Source of the DNA: Candidatus Methylomirabilota bacterium
GTDB taxonomy: Bacteria > Acidobacteriota > Terriglobia > Acidiferrales > UBA7541
Length of the DNA stretch: 64,000 nucleotides
Direction of reading: 5' to 3'
Assembly: GCA_035490135.1 (NCBI GenBank)
Contig: DATHGV010000193.1
Span: 5,746 to 69,745 of the forward strand
Shown: in pieces, positions 28,809 through 39,480 of the stretch
How positions within the stretch are numbered: position 1 is the stretch's first letter
Layout of the letters: each line of letters starts with the position of its first letter
Notes under the pieces: model-generated
The model's database searches: none
What the model saw: the letters and a program-made list of their open reading frames with translations, nothing else
Told to the model about the DNA's origin: nothing
Made by a program: the position numbers and the translations under genes

Positions 28809-29498
28809 TTAGTGGCAGCTGGGGTCGTCGTTGAACGTACCGCTGAGCACCATAGAATTCAGGAACTGGCTGCACTTCTGGATTTTCGCCAGGGTTAGGT
28901 CATCTTTCAGGGCATTGGGATCGACGACCTTCGCGCCATTAAGTTGCTGACGGTCAGCCTCCACCTGGTTGGCCCAGGAGGTCATCATGTCTGCTTCACT
29001 GCGCAATAGTTGAAGAGCATTCTTATCGGCGTCGGTGGAGGCAGCGACGCCTGCTTGCTCAAGAGCGTCCAATGTCTGTTGGTGATAGGCCTGCACCCAC
29101 GTCTCGCTGACGGCCAGCCCGTAGAGAACCATGGCGCGGACGGCCACGCGCCACTCGCGCATGGCGGCCAGGGCGGATATAGCCGCGGACGAAAAGTCCC
29201 GCGAAAGTTTTTGTGAATTTTGCGTGGAATCGTTACCCGCGACAGCGCCGACATCGGCAGGAGGTATGGTGAGCACCACACGACGGGGCTCAACGGTGAA
29301 TACGGCGTTAGTGGCCTGGGCAAGGGTCTCCAGGTCGATGTACAAGCGGCCATTGATTTGCCGGACGCCCGCACTGGCGGTTTTACCGTTAACCACCAGG
29401 GTTTTGTTTGCAGTGCTCTGCGCGAAAAGCATTCCAGAAAGCACCAGTACCGAAGCAAAATAAAGAGCGAATCGAAAAGAGGGGTGTTTGCTCATCAT
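28809..29498 (-). CDS. secreted hypothetical protein
   Basis: Signal peptide (LFA/QS), LVVNGK..VRQINGRLYIDLE small domain, helical C-terminus with two Cys. Confidence 0.7.
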   Translation of the reverse strand: MMSKHPSFRFALYFASVLVLSGMLFAQSTANKTLVVNGKTASAGVRQINGRLYIDLETLAQATNAVFTVEPRRVVLTIPPADVGAVAGNDSTQNSQKLSRDFSSAAISALAAMREWRVAVRAMVLYGLAVSETWVQAYHQQTLDALEQAGVAASTDADKNALQLLRSEADMMTSWANQVEADRQQLNGAKVVDPNALKDDLTLAKIQKCSQFLNSMVLSGTFNDDPSCH

Positions 29499-29663
29499 TG
29501 GACACCGCGATTTCTGGGCTGGGGTTCCCAAATCAATCGGTATTGTACATCACGCGCTTTTTTGAGGCTTGTCGGTTACACTTTCGAGTACCCGCATTTC
29601 TTCTGCAGATATCGCTGAGACGGCTGCGTCCCGCCTGCTCGCAGTAAAATAGAGGCCCCAACT

Positions 29664-31010
29664 ATGTCAAATGAGTTATTATTATCAATTGAGAAGCTTG
29701 TTTACGGCGGTGATGGATTGACGCATTCCGACGGCAACACCGTCTTTGTTCCTTATGTGTTGCCGGGCGAAGGTGTGCGCGCGGCTGCCAAGACCAAAAA
29801 GAAAAAACTGATCTGGGCCAAGTTGGTGGAAGTAACTTCACCTTCCACGGAACGAATAGCGCCAGCATGCCCACATTTTCAAGTTTGCGGCGGATGCCAC
29901 TACCAGCATATTCCGGCGCCGAAACAGGTACAGCTGAAAATCGAGATTTTGCGCGAGACGCTATCGAGGTTGGGCGGCGTGCAGTGGAACGGAGAGATCG
30001 TTGCACGTTCGGGCGAGCCGTACGGCTACCGCAATCGGGCGCAGTGGGCGGTGCGGAGCGGAATGCCACGGGCTCTCGGCTATTTTTTGCCGGAAAGTTC
30101 GGTGATTTTGCCGATCGACACTTGTCCAATACTTTCGCCGCGATTACTGGAGACATTTACGCTGTTGCAGGAGATGGCGCGAGGCGGGAAATTGCCGGCG
30201 GGGATTTTAGAGATAGAGGCGTTTACGGATTCGGCGGACGGGAAAATTGCGCTTAACGTGGCATTCGATAAATTTCCCACGCCTCCCGAACAGATCGCTT
30301 CCCTACTCCGCGCGGAATTGCCGCGGCTTGATAGTTTGTTGCTGCTGGACCAGAAGAAGGACCGTTTCGAACTGAGTGGACCCGGGTTTCTGACACATGA
30401 AGTCGGCGGGTTTAAGTACCAGGTTAGTCATTTGTCTTTTTTTCAGGTGAACCGGTTCCTGACTGAGTATTTGCTGAAGGCGGTGACGACGGGTGCGAAG
30501 GGTACTCTCGCACTGGATTTGTACGCGGGGGTAGGATTTTTTACTTTGCCACTGGCGCAGACATTCGAACGGGTGGTGAGTGTGGATGCCAATCTGGCGG
30601 CTACCCGCGACTTGTTTGCGAATGCGAAAAATGCGGGCGTAGATATCATCTCTCACAACGAGCATGCGGAAGAATTTTTGACAAAGACCAAAGAGCGGCC
30701 GGATTTTGTGGTTCTGGATCCGCCGAGATCGGGGCTTGGGACCGCGGCTGCGGCGGCACTGGCAGCCTTGGGAGCCGCGGAGATCGTGTATTTATCCTGT
30801 GACCCTTCGACGCTGGCCAGGGATTTGGCGGTATTGACTGACTCGCAGCGAAAACCTCGCGGGACGGTTGCTGGCGTGGGCGCCGAAGCGGGCGGAGACA
30901 GTACGGCTAGGGTCACCAATCGGTACGAAATTACCGAGATGGCGATGTTTGATTTGTTTCCACAAACATTTCACATTGAATCTTTAGTTCGATTGCGAAA
31001 AGTTGCATGA
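29664..31010 (+). CDS. rlmD: 23S rRNA (uracil-C5)-methyltransferase, RlmD/RumA family
   Basis: TRAM domain, CPHFQVCGGC Fe-S motif, FFQVN, DLYAGVG, DPPR, YLSC, DLFPQT.H.E. Confidence 0.9.
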   Translation: MSNELLLSIEKLVYGGDGLTHSDGNTVFVPYVLPGEGVRAAAKTKKKKLIWAKLVEVTSPSTERIAPACPHFQVCGGCHYQHIPAPKQVQLKIEILRETLSRLGGVQWNGEIVARSGEPYGYRNRAQWAVRSGMPRALGYFLPESSVILPIDTCPILSPRLLETFTLLQEMARGGKLPAGILEIEAFTDSADGKIALNVAFDKFPTPPEQIASLLRAELPRLDSLLLLDQKKDRFELSGPGFLTHEVGGFKYQVSHLSFFQVNRFLTEYLLKAVTTGAKGTLALDLYAGVGFFTLPLAQTFERVVSVDANLAATRDLFANAKNAGVDIISHNEHAEEFLTKTKERPDFVVLDPPRSGLGTAAAAALAALGAAEIVYLSCDPSTLARDLAVLTDSQRKPRGTVAGVGAEAGGDSTARVTNRYEITEMAMFDLFPQTFHIESLVRLRKVA

Positions 31011-31543
31011 AACTGCCGGCACTTGCGATCGTCACGGCATTTGCCTCAGGGATCGCTTGCGACCTGAATCCCGGAATCACTCATCGCAGTAGTTCTCACG
31101 CATTCGTCGCATTCCTTTTCTTTAGCGCCGCTACTTCCCTGCTGATCGGTATTCTTTTCCTACGGCGCTCGCGAGTCGTTCTCGCAGGGCTGGCTTCTCT
31201 GTTGTGCTGGGGGATGCTCGGCATGGCCGGAGTTTGCATCGAGGAACAACCGCGGCGAGCGAATCATATTTTGAGTTTGGTGGACGCCGGGAAAATCAAT
31301 CTGAAATCGCCGCTCCGATATTACGGGCGATTGGCAGATGAGCCAGAAAAGCTTCCGTGGGGAGCGGGTTATAGCATCGAGCTTTCTGGCGTCGACTTTG
31401 GTGGCTCGTTTTTGCCTGCAAGCGCCGGTCTGCGGCTTGGCGATCGACTGGAAATCTCCTGTTTCGTGGCGTGCCCCGAAGTATCGACCGTGACTACTTC
31501 AAAACGCGCGGAAGCGCCAAATCAGAACCAGAACAACCAGTAA
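31007..31543 (+). pseudogene. comEC: truncated or internally deleted ComEC/Rec2 remnant
   Basis: P..A...AFASGI plus three TM helices and a G.L.DEP OB-fold start (DUF4131-like); only 178 aa, no Competence or metallo-beta-lactamase domain. Confidence 0.6.
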
Positions 31544-32056
31544 TAGCAAAAAACCGACGGCTGCTTGCCACTCATGATTTTTCTTATATTGGAAGGGGGA
31601 GAATGCTCCCGTGGTTCCATCTGAAAGCTTGGCGGGAGACAGTCGAGGAAAGAAGAGCGGCACGGCAGCGGCATAACGATCAAAATTCTCAACATGACGG
31701 GGGCGTAGTTCGTTCTCTTCCCTTCGCATTACGATGGAATAAAAGACCGTGAAATACACGCCGAGCAAAAGCGACGAGATCCACGAGCGTGTTGCGATGG
31801 CCACCCCCAACGCCAGCACAGCGCTTCCCAAATAGAGCGGATTGCGGGTGTAGGCGTAGGGACCTGTGACAGTGAGCACTTCCTGTTTGTGGAGATAGCC
31901 CGCGGCCCAGGCGCGCAGGCCCAGCCCGACGAGGCCGACCAGCGCACCGTAGAAGATGCTGCGAGGTTGCGGGCGCGCAAAGAATAAGACTGCGATTGCG
32001 AGGGGGTAGCCCAGGCGAACTCGCCATCGCACGAAAAATGCGCTCGCCGAATTCAT
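31499..32056 (-). CDS. isoprenylcysteine carboxyl methyltransferase (Ste14/ICMT/PEMT) family membrane methyltransferase
   Basis: LRAWAAG, L.VTGPYAYTRNPLYLG, EE..L, Y...VP.FFP. Confidence 0.88.
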   Translation of the reverse strand: MNSASAFFVRWRVRLGYPLAIAVLFFARPQPRSIFYGALVGLVGLGLRAWAAGYLHKQEVLTVTGPYAYTRNPLYLGSAVLALGVAIATRSWISSLLLGVYFTVFYSIVMRREENELRPRHVENFDRYAAAVPLFFPRLSPAKLSDGTTGAFSPFQYKKNHEWQAAVGFLLLLVVLVLIWRFRAF

Positions 32057-33099
32057 CTGTGGACCTCGACGATGCGACGTACGGCTTCGAAGACGGTTTC
32101 AACTTGAATTTCCAACATTGACGGATGCGTACGGTCCTGGCGGCTGTGAGTGGTTACTACGTTTGGAGCGCGGAGAACGATGTCCTGAGGATTCTGGCGA
32201 TCCGAAGATTGGGTCGATGCAGAACTGCTCGTGTTGCGGTACGGGCCGTTTCGCGCGGGATTTGTTGGGCCGAACAGGGCGACGACAGGCGTGCCCAACG
32301 CAACCGCCAGGTGAAGAGGGCCGGTGTCGCCGCCAACAACGCAAACGGCGCTTCGCAAAAGTGACATCAGCACGGCGAGTTCGCCGTCGAACAGCAAAGG
32401 ACCAGCGTCACCGCTTGCGGCGCGAACTTTGGAAGTCAAATCTTCCTCACCCGGACCGTAATTTATGAGACAGCGAAGTGACAGCGACTGGAATATTTTT
32501 TTACATAACGCGCCGAAGCGCTCGGGGGGCCAGCATTTGGAGCGCCAGCCGCCTCCCGGGCTTAAAACGATGTAATGCTTCATGCCGTCACCGGGCAAAT
32601 ATTTGGAAAGTTCTTCGCGTTGCAAGGGCGGCGGATCCAGGTGGAAATTTGCAACTGCGTTTTGAGCCCCGGCGCGCTTAGACAATTCCCCGTTCTGGTC
32701 GGCCACGTGCGCACTGGTGGCGCGAACACGATCGGTGTAGAGAAGCGGCACGCCAAATTCTCTGACGGATTCTGGAGAAAACCCGATGCGACGCTTGACA
32801 CCGGCGAGAAACGGCAAGCTAGCGGATTTCCAAAGTCCTTGATAGTCGATGGCGGTATCGAATGAGGCGACGCGAATTTCGCGAAAAGTTTTTTTGAGCG
32901 AGGATATTGAACGCGTGTCGGTGGTCCATATTGCAGAGGCGAGACCGCTGCTCTGAACAAGCAGTTTGTAACGCGCTGAAGTGAGCCAGATAATCTCCGC
33001 AGCGGGAAAAGATTCGCGCAAGGCGGCTACCGCTGGGAATGTGTGCACGATATCGCCGAGAGATCCGAGGCGCACGACCAGGAAGCGGCGCTCAGCCAT
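32053..33099 (-). CDS. waaC: GT9 lipopolysaccharide heptosyltransferase (WaaC-like)
   Basis: [43 protein letters not shown]. Confidence 0.82.
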   Translation of the reverse strand: MAERRFLVVRLGSLGDIVHTFPAVAALRESFPAAEIIWLTSARYKLLVQSSGLASAIWTTDTRSISSLKKTFREIRVASFDTAIDYQGLWKSASLPFLAGVKRRIGFSPESVREFGVPLLYTDRVRATSAHVADQNGELSKRAGAQNAVANFHLDPPPLQREELSKYLPGDGMKHYIVLSPGGGWRSKCWPPERFGALCKKIFQSLSLRCLINYGPGEEDLTSKVRAASGDAGPLLFDGELAVLMSLLRSAVCVVGGDTGPLHLAVALGTPVVALFGPTNPARNGPYRNTSSSASTQSSDRQNPQDIVLRAPNVVTTHSRQDRTHPSMLEIQVETVFEAVRRIVEVHR

Positions 33100-33583
33100 G
33101 CGGCGCCTTGCGCAGCGAGGACAACAACGCGCGGGTGGAATGATTTTTGGGATCGCCGACGATGGCGACTTGAATGCCAAGGTCTTTCGCGATGGCGCGT
33201 TCGGGAACCGTGTCAGTAGAGTAGTCCGTGCCTTTAGCGTGAACATCTGGGAGCAAATCGCGGAGCAACGATGCCACGGTTGGTTCGCTGAAGATCACCA
33301 CGTAATCAACGGCGCGAAGTGCGGCCACGAGGCGGGCTCGAGCGTTTTCGTCAAGGACGGGGCGTCCGGGACCTTTCAAACTTCGGAGGCTAGCATCGCT
33401 GTTTACCGCAACAATAAGGATGTCGCCTTGCTGGCGCGCGGCCTCGAGATATCGCACATGGCCGACGTGCAAGATATCAAAGCAACCGTTAGCGAACACG
33501 ACGGTCTGACCGCGCTTTTTGTGATCGACGACGAGAGACTTGAGTTTCTGCTGCAAAACGATTTTCGATTCCGATGAGCGCAT
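33092..33583 (-). CDS. rfaE2: D-glycero-beta-D-manno-heptose 1-phosphate adenylyltransferase (RfaE/HldE domain II)
   Basis: [21 protein letters not shown]...KG..RP, KGTDY. Confidence 0.92.
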   Translation of the reverse strand: MRSSESKIVLQQKLKSLVVDHKKRGQTVVFANGCFDILHVGHVRYLEAARQQGDILIVAVNSDASLRSLKGPGRPVLDENARARLVAALRAVDYVVIFSEPTVASLLRDLLPDVHAKGTDYSTDTVPERAIAKDLGIQVAIVGDPKNHSTRALLSSLRKAPHG

Positions 33584-33586
33584 ACG

Positions 33587-34645
33587 CTAGGCGGAAACTC
33601 CGGCGACTTCATCATGTATGGCAGCCAAAAGTTCTGTGCGAGTCACGGTAGCCGTTCCGCGTTTCATTACGACCAGGGCACCAGCGATATTGGCGAGGTG
33701 CGCAGCCTCGAGGGGAGAAGCGCCGCATGCGAGGGTCAACGTAAAGGTGGCAAGAACGGTGTCGCCAGCACCGGTTACGTCGACCGATTGATCGCTGCCA
33801 TGGACGGGAATATGCGTTAGGTGTTTACCGGATTCGAAAAGCGCCATGCCGTGGCGTCCGCGAGTGACTAGCAAAGAATTTAACTTCATCGCGGCGAATG
33901 TAGCGTGCCCAGCGCGGGCTAGCTCCTCAAGATTTTCGCCCATGGAAGTGTGATGCTGGGATTCCAGTTCTGCTTCGTTGGGCGTCGCGGTAGTAATGCG
34001 CGAGCGGCTGTAGGCATGTAAATTGTGTCGAGCGTCCAGAGTGATGGGTAAAAGCTTTTTTCTCTTGGAGGAAGCTTCGAAGGCCAGCGCGGGCGTGGCA
34101 ACGCCGAAGCCGTAGTCGGAAATTGCCAAAGCGTCAGCGTTTTTTATAGCACTGAACAAAAATTGGCTTAATTTCTTGCGGGCTTCGTCTGGTAAGGGCG
34201 CTTGCGGCTCGCGATCGACACGCAGGACTTGCTGGCCGACGGTGTGCGCCCAACCGGCCAAAAAGCGAGTCTTCGTGGGAGTGCAGGAGTTTTTGACGCG
34301 CAGAATGCGGGAAGTGTCCAATTTCTTCTGGCGAAAATAATTGATCAAAGCGGTACCGTTGGAATCGTCGCCAACAACCGTGACGGGCAGCACCTTGGCT
34401 CCCAGGTCAGCAAGATTGTTGACAGCGTTTGCTCCGCCACCAGGCACGAGTTGCGTTTCACGATGACGAAGAATGAGTACCGGGGCTTCGCGGGAGACGC
34501 GGGAAATTTCTCCGAATTCGAATACGTCGGCGACGAAATCACCTAAGACAACGATGGTCTTCGAAGAAAATTGCTCGATATATTCCGCGAGGGCGCGCAA
34601 ATCCACCGAAGACGAATCGATCTTTTGTTGAGATTTGCGCTTCAA
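33587..34645 (-). CDS. rfaE1: D-glycero-beta-D-manno-heptose 7-phosphate kinase (RfaE/HldE domain I)
   Basis: RVSREAPV, PGGGAN, ISDYG.G, TPNE.E, DVTGAGDTV; TTG start with GGAG RBS, overlapping the gmhB stop. Confidence 0.9.
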   Translation of the reverse strand: MKRKSQQKIDSSSVDLRALAEYIEQFSSKTIVVLGDFVADVFEFGEISRVSREAPVLILRHRETQLVPGGGANAVNNLADLGAKVLPVTVVGDDSNGTALINYFRQKKLDTSRILRVKNSCTPTKTRFLAGWAHTVGQQVLRVDREPQAPLPDEARKKLSQFLFSAIKNADALAISDYGFGVATPALAFEASSKRKKLLPITLDARHNLHAYSRSRITTATPNEAELESQHHTSMGENLEELARAGHATFAAMKLNSLLVTRGRHGMALFESGKHLTHIPVHGSDQSVDVTGAGDTVLATFTLTLACGASPLEAAHLANIAGALVVMKRGTATVTRTELLAAIHDEVAGVSA

Positions 34646-35208
34646 CGCGTTTGCTCCAGGATCCAATCTGCCGCCGCTGTTAAATCCGCGGCGATGAAAT
34701 CGGGTTTCAATTTCCACTTTGACTCGTGCCAGAGAATTTCGCCTTCTCCATATCCGGTGCGCACCATGATACTGCGGGCGCCGACACGATGCGCCAACTC
34801 CACGTCGCTATGGCGGTCTCCGACTACGAAAGAGCGCATCAAGTCGACGCCATGTTCAGCGGAGGCTTGATCCAACATGCCGGGGCCAGGTTTCCGGCAC
34901 GCGCAAGCATCGCCGGAGCTGTGCGGGCAGTAATAGATGCCATCGAGTTGCGCTCCGGCATCAGCCAGCTGCTTGGTCATTAAATCGTGGACGGTGTGCA
35001 CCAAAGATTCCGGGTAGTATCCACGACCAACTCCTGATTGATTGGTAATGACAAAGACGAGAAGGCCGCTCTCGTTGAGTTTGCGGATGGAAGCCGGCGC
35101 AAATGGAAACATACAAAAACGAGAAACGTGATTCAAGTAGCCGACTTCTTCGGAAATAGTGCCGTCGCGATCGAGAAAAACAGCGGGTTTTAGGCGGTGA
35201 TCAGACAC
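34642..35208 (-). CDS. gmhB: heptose 1,7-bisphosphate phosphatase
   Basis: FLDRDGT, TNQSG, CPH..C.CRKP, VGDR. Confidence 0.93.
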   Translation of the reverse strand: MSDHRLKPAVFLDRDGTISEEVGYLNHVSRFCMFPFAPASIRKLNESGLLVFVITNQSGVGRGYYPESLVHTVHDLMTKQLADAGAQLDGIYYCPHSSGDACACRKPGPGMLDQASAEHGVDLMRSFVVGDRHSDVELAHRVGARSIMVRTGYGEGEILWHESKWKLKPDFIAADLTAAADWILEQTR

Positions 35209-36244
35209 GCTCCACCACAACGGAAGCCAGAAAGAGATTGACGGCGGCTTCCACTTCGCTGGCGGTAACACGGGTCATACATCGATGGTCAATGGGGCAA
35301 CGTCGGAGAAAGCATGGGCTGCAATAGGGTTGTTCACGAACGATAGTGTGGCGGGGCGTCACGGGCGCGGTGCCGAACGGATCGGTGGGCCCGAAGACGG
35401 CGACGGTGGGAAGCCCGACAGCGGCGGCGACGTGCATGGCTCCTGAATCGTTACCGATAAAAACATGACATTGCGATAGAAGCGCCGGTAGATCGGCGAT
35501 GGTGGTTTTACCAGTGAGATCGATGGGGACGCGTTTCATTTCGGAAGCGATGGCCGATGAAACATCCGTCTCACCGGCAGCACCAAAAAGTATCACGTCG
35601 GCATCCCATTGCGCTTGGAGTTGGTTGGCTAATTCCGCGAAACGCGACGGCGGCCAACACTTTGCCGACCCATAGGAGGCTCCGGCACCAATGGCGATTC
35701 GAACGGCGTGGGGCCGAACTCCTGCCGAAGCGAGTTGCTCGGCTGCACGGGCGCAGGTGGTTTCACTGAGGTGCAATTTGATTAAGGGTTCGTCTGGAAT
35801 GGAATCAATCCAGGCACTACGGCGAAGTAATTCGAGGTAATAAAATTTTTCGTGCGACGGAATTTCGCCAGGCTTAGGTAACGGGACGGCCTTGGTCAGC
35901 AGCAGGCTTCGGGCATCGCGAGCGTAGCCGATGCGTTGCGGGATTCCTGCGCGCCATGCAAGCCACGCAGCATCGAAAGCGTTTTGCAGGAGGATGGCGA
36001 CATCAAATTTGCCGGACCGTAATTCGGATGCCAGACGTTCGCGACCGAAGATTCCGGCATGTTTACCGCGATGATCATAAATGATCAACTCATCGGCTAC
36101 GATTTGATCGCGGTAGATGTCGGCCACATAAGAGCGAGCCAAAATTGAGATGTTGGCGTTTGGACGATTATGAATGGCGCGGATTGCGGGCAAGGCCATG
36201 ATGGCATCGCCAACCCAATTCGTGGCGCGAATGAGAATTTTCAT
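35201..36244 (-). CDS. waaF: lipopolysaccharide heptosyltransferase II
   Basis: NWVGDA.M, GASYGSAKCWP, NDSGAMH, C.PC..R.CP..H.CM. Confidence 0.92.
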   Translation of the reverse strand: MKILIRATNWVGDAIMALPAIRAIHNRPNANISILARSYVADIYRDQIVADELIIYDHRGKHAGIFGRERLASELRSGKFDVAILLQNAFDAAWLAWRAGIPQRIGYARDARSLLLTKAVPLPKPGEIPSHEKFYYLELLRRSAWIDSIPDEPLIKLHLSETTCARAAEQLASAGVRPHAVRIAIGAGASYGSAKCWPPSRFAELANQLQAQWDADVILFGAAGETDVSSAIASEMKRVPIDLTGKTTIADLPALLSQCHVFIGNDSGAMHVAAAVGLPTVAVFGPTDPFGTAPVTPRHTIVREQPYCSPCFLRRCPIDHRCMTRVTASEVEAAVNLFLASVVVERV

Positions 36245-37245
36245 GCCTGGGCACCACGGGCTTGCAATAAATGGTCGATCGCCGACAGGAATGCAATTTC
36301 TCCGTCAACTTTTAGATCGATGATGGAAACATAAACAGGCAAAGCTGGAAGGGCGACGCTGGTCAGATTGCAAAAATCTTTTTCAGTTGTCAGCAGCCCT
36401 TTTGCGCCGACACCTTTCGCTGCTCGTTCGATAGCTTGCACGTCTTCGAGTGTATAGCGGTGATGGTCGGCAAAAAACATGTGTCCAGCGGGAGCCACGC
36501 CCCATCGCTGCAAATCACGCACAAATGCTTCGGGATTGCCGATCCCGCAAAAAGCAAAGAAGGGGCCGCTGCCGAGGTCTGCGACGGTTTGGAGGGGACC
36601 CTCCATTCCGAGGGAGCGAAAGCCTAGTAAGAATGTTGATGCTGCAAAAATTGGCAACTTCCAAAACCGTTGAATGGCCTCTTTCGCACCGGGTGCATTT
36701 TCAGTGCGGGTAAACACAATAATATCGGCTCGAACCACGGCGGAGATCGGTTCTCGCATCGGGCCAGCTGGAAGAAGTGGCTGTCCGCCCACAGGGCGCG
36801 AAGCATCCATCAATACAATGTCGAGGTCGCGAGCTAATTGAAGATGTTGGAAACCGTCATCGAGCACGAAGATATCGATGGCCTGACGTGATTCGATGCG
36901 TTGACCTTCTGCAAAGCGATCTTTGCCCACTCCAAAGATTACCCGATTTTGCAAGCGTGAACGCATTAGGTCGACTTCATCGCTGCTGCCGGCGGTCCCA
37001 CGATAGCCGCGGGTGAGAATGGCTACGCGGTGGCCTTGCTCAAGGAGCTTTTGCGCCAGCCAGATTACCAGTGGAGTTTTGCCGGTTCCCCCAACGGATA
37101 AGTTGCCTACGCTGATGACTGCGGCCTTCAGGCGCTTTTGTTTACGCCAGCCGTGGGCGTAAAGCCGTGTGCGAAGCGCAACGCCGACACCGTAGAGTTT
37201 AGATGCGGGCCACAACAAAATGCTAAGGGGCCGCGATAAGGTCAT
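36241..37245 (-). CDS. lpxK: tetraacyldisaccharide 4'-kinase
   Basis: VGNLSVGGTGKTP, TRGY, DDGFQH, LLPAGPMREP, TTEKD. Confidence 0.96.
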   Translation of the reverse strand: MTLSRPLSILLWPASKLYGVGVALRTRLYAHGWRKQKRLKAAVISVGNLSVGGTGKTPLVIWLAQKLLEQGHRVAILTRGYRGTAGSSDEVDLMRSRLQNRVIFGVGKDRFAEGQRIESRQAIDIFVLDDGFQHLQLARDLDIVLMDASRPVGGQPLLPAGPMREPISAVVRADIIVFTRTENAPGAKEAIQRFWKLPIFAASTFLLGFRSLGMEGPLQTVADLGSGPFFAFCGIGNPEAFVRDLQRWGVAPAGHMFFADHHRYTLEDVQAIERAAKGVGAKGLLTTEKDFCNLTSVALPALPVYVSIIDLKVDGEIAFLSAIDHLLQARGAQA

Positions 37246-38615
37246 CGCTGCAGCGCACCGTGCTCATTCAGGAATCCGGAAATCACCGCTAGGGCTCGAT
37301 CCGTTGCGCCCCGGCTGCCTTCCACTAGCGCACGCGCGGTGTCACCCATCGCGCGCATGCGATCGGGATCACGGAACATTTCGATCCACGCGACGCCAGC
37401 GTCCTCAGGGCTTTCCACTTGAACGGCGGCACCCGAGGAAACGAAGCGCGACGCCATCTCCGCGAAATTTTCCATGGAAGGACCGAAAACCGGAATTTTG
37501 CCGAAGGCTGCGGGCTCCAGAATATTATGGCCGCCGGACGGAACCAGTGATCCGCCTACGAATACACCGTCGGCGCAACGATAGATGGAGGCTAACTCTC
37601 CAATGCTATCGAGCAGCAGCACGGTGACATCTTTTGGTATCACGATGGAGGCGTTGGAGCTTGCGCTTCCGCCATTTGACGAAGTTTGAATCGGCAATTG
37701 CGAACGCCGCAGAAACTTCCGGCGCGATTCGTGGATGAAGTCAGCGGCCGCTTCGAAGCGCTCGGGCTTTCGCGGTGCGAGCACCAGCAGCGCATTGGGA
37801 TATTCGCCTTGCAAGGTGCCAAAAGCGATCAGGGCCAAGGGCTCTTCGGTAGCGACTACGCTACCTGCGACGATAACTGGAGTGCGGCCGGTTCTCAACA
37901 TTTCCGTCTCGAGCCAATGTGAAACCGGCGTGGGATCAGGGAGGTCCAGATCGTATTTCAGATTGCCGCTCGCGCGCACGCGACCGGCAGACGCGCCGAG
38001 AAAGCGGATGCGTTCGGCGTCTTTTTCGCTTTGCATAAGGAACATGCTGGGACCGGCTAGAGCGCGCTTGAGAAACGGGCGCAGGAAAAATCCGAAGGCG
38101 CCAAGATAATTCTGGTAGCGATGGAAGGAGCGGTCGGAGATACGGCCGCTGACGAAAAGTACTGGGATGTTGCGTCGACGGGCCTGACGGAGAAAATTAG
38201 GCCAGATTTCAGTTTCAAGAATGATGACCAGAGAAGGCTTAATGGCATTTAAGGCTCGGCGGACACAGAATGCCCAATCCAGCGGGAAGTAGATGACCGC
38301 ATCGGCGAAAGGCATGCGTTCGCGAGCTAAGGCATTGCCGGTAATGGTAGTAGTAGAAATAACCAGCGGACTGTTTGGGTAGACTTCCTTTAGTCTGCGC
38401 GCCAAAGATATTCCGGACAGGACTTCGCCGACAGAGACAGCATGCAAAAGAATTGCACCTTGGGAATTTGGATCTGTTCTGAAGGATGGATACGAAAAGC
38501 CGAGGCGTTCGAGAAGATTTGAGAAATATTTGCCGTGCCGGAGTCCCTGCACAAGCCAATACGGCGTGAGCACAACAGCAGCTATACCCAAAAGTAAGCT
38601 ATAAATGTAATACAC
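37242..38615 (-). CDS. waaA: 3-deoxy-D-manno-octulosonic acid transferase
   Basis: HAVSVGE, ETEIWPN, GNLKYD, DSIGEL, GGHNILEP; GTG start with GGAG. Confidence 0.95.
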   Translation of the reverse strand: MYYIYSLLLGIAAVVLTPYWLVQGLRHGKYFSNLLERLGFSYPSFRTDPNSQGAILLHAVSVGEVLSGISLARRLKEVYPNSPLVISTTTITGNALARERMPFADAVIYFPLDWAFCVRRALNAIKPSLVIILETEIWPNFLRQARRRNIPVLFVSGRISDRSFHRYQNYLGAFGFFLRPFLKRALAGPSMFLMQSEKDAERIRFLGASAGRVRASGNLKYDLDLPDPTPVSHWLETEMLRTGRTPVIVAGSVVATEEPLALIAFGTLQGEYPNALLVLAPRKPERFEAAADFIHESRRKFLRRSQLPIQTSSNGGSASSNASIVIPKDVTVLLLDSIGELASIYRCADGVFVGGSLVPSGGHNILEPAAFGKIPVFGPSMENFAEMASRFVSSGAAVQVESPEDAGVAWIEMFRDPDRMRAMGDTARALVEGSRGATDRALAVISGFLNEHGALQR

Positions 38616-38705
38616 TGAAAGTGCTCCGGTCTGTTTACCCGCAAGTGTTATAGTGCGCCAGCGCGGGGGCAACCCCGTACATCGCCCTGGAATCGAAGGC
38701 GTCAG

Positions 38706-39386
38706 ATGAGAAAGGTTTATTATAACGCGATGCGTAACCTATCCGGGGCAGTTCCCTTTTTGGCGGCGTGTTTGATGACCGGGACGTATGCCGATGCTCA
38801 ACAGAGTGGGGGCCAGCGAGCGTCGCTGAAAACGGCGTCTCTAGAAACGCATGAAGGGCTCACGATTTCGGCGCAACCCTGGACGGACGCCGCATTATAC
38901 AAAGAGAAATTCCCGAAGAAATCGCCGTTTGCCGCGGGGATCGTGGCGATGCATGTCGTGTTTCGTAATGATTCGAATGAAAGCATGAAAGTGAGCCTGG
39001 ATCGAATTCGTTTATCGTTTCAACTTGACCAGGACAACCGACAGGAGTTGAAGGCCCTGACTGCCGGCCAGGTGGCGGACGAAGTATTGAAGCCCGGAGG
39101 AAAGGACCCGTCGAAATCGCGCTCGAAAATCCCGCTTCCGGTAAGCATCCCTCATAACAATGACAAGCATTGGACGGAGCTGGAACAGCAAGCGGAAACT
39201 GCGGGTGTTCCGGCGAACGTGATTGCTCCCCACAGCAGTGTTCAAGGGCTTTTGTATTTCGATCTTCAAGGACAATTTGATTTATTGGATGGGGCACGCT
39301 TATATGTGCCAGATATTGTTGTAATGGAGAATAATCGTTCGCTGACATATTTTGAAATTGACTTGGGCAGACCCACCGGAAAATAA
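38706..39386 (+). CDS. secreted hypothetical protein (start may be 38730)
   Basis: Signal peptide ending ADA; beta-rich body ending GLLYF. Confidence 0.7.
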   Translation: MRKVYYNAMRNLSGAVPFLAACLMTGTYADAQQSGGQRASLKTASLETHEGLTISAQPWTDAALYKEKFPKKSPFAAGIVAMHVVFRNDSNESMKVSLDRIRLSFQLDQDNRQELKALTAGQVADEVLKPGGKDPSKSRSKIPLPVSIPHNNDKHWTELEQQAETAGVPANVIAPHSSVQGLLYFDLQGQFDLLDGARLYVPDIVVMENNRSLTYFEIDLGRPTGK

Positions 39387-39445
39387 CTTTCTCTTCTTTC
39401 GCGTCAACTTTTATTCCGCGCCTGATTTGCTGAATAAATCCCGGT

Positions 39446-39474
39446 TTGCGCGTACCGAAACGCTCGGCTACGAT
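39446..39474 (+). promoter_or_regulatory. sigma70-type promoter of uvrD/pcrA
   Basis: TTGCGC-17 nt-TACGAT, 6 nt before GTG 39481. Confidence 0.55.
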
Positions 39475-39480
39475 GAATAG

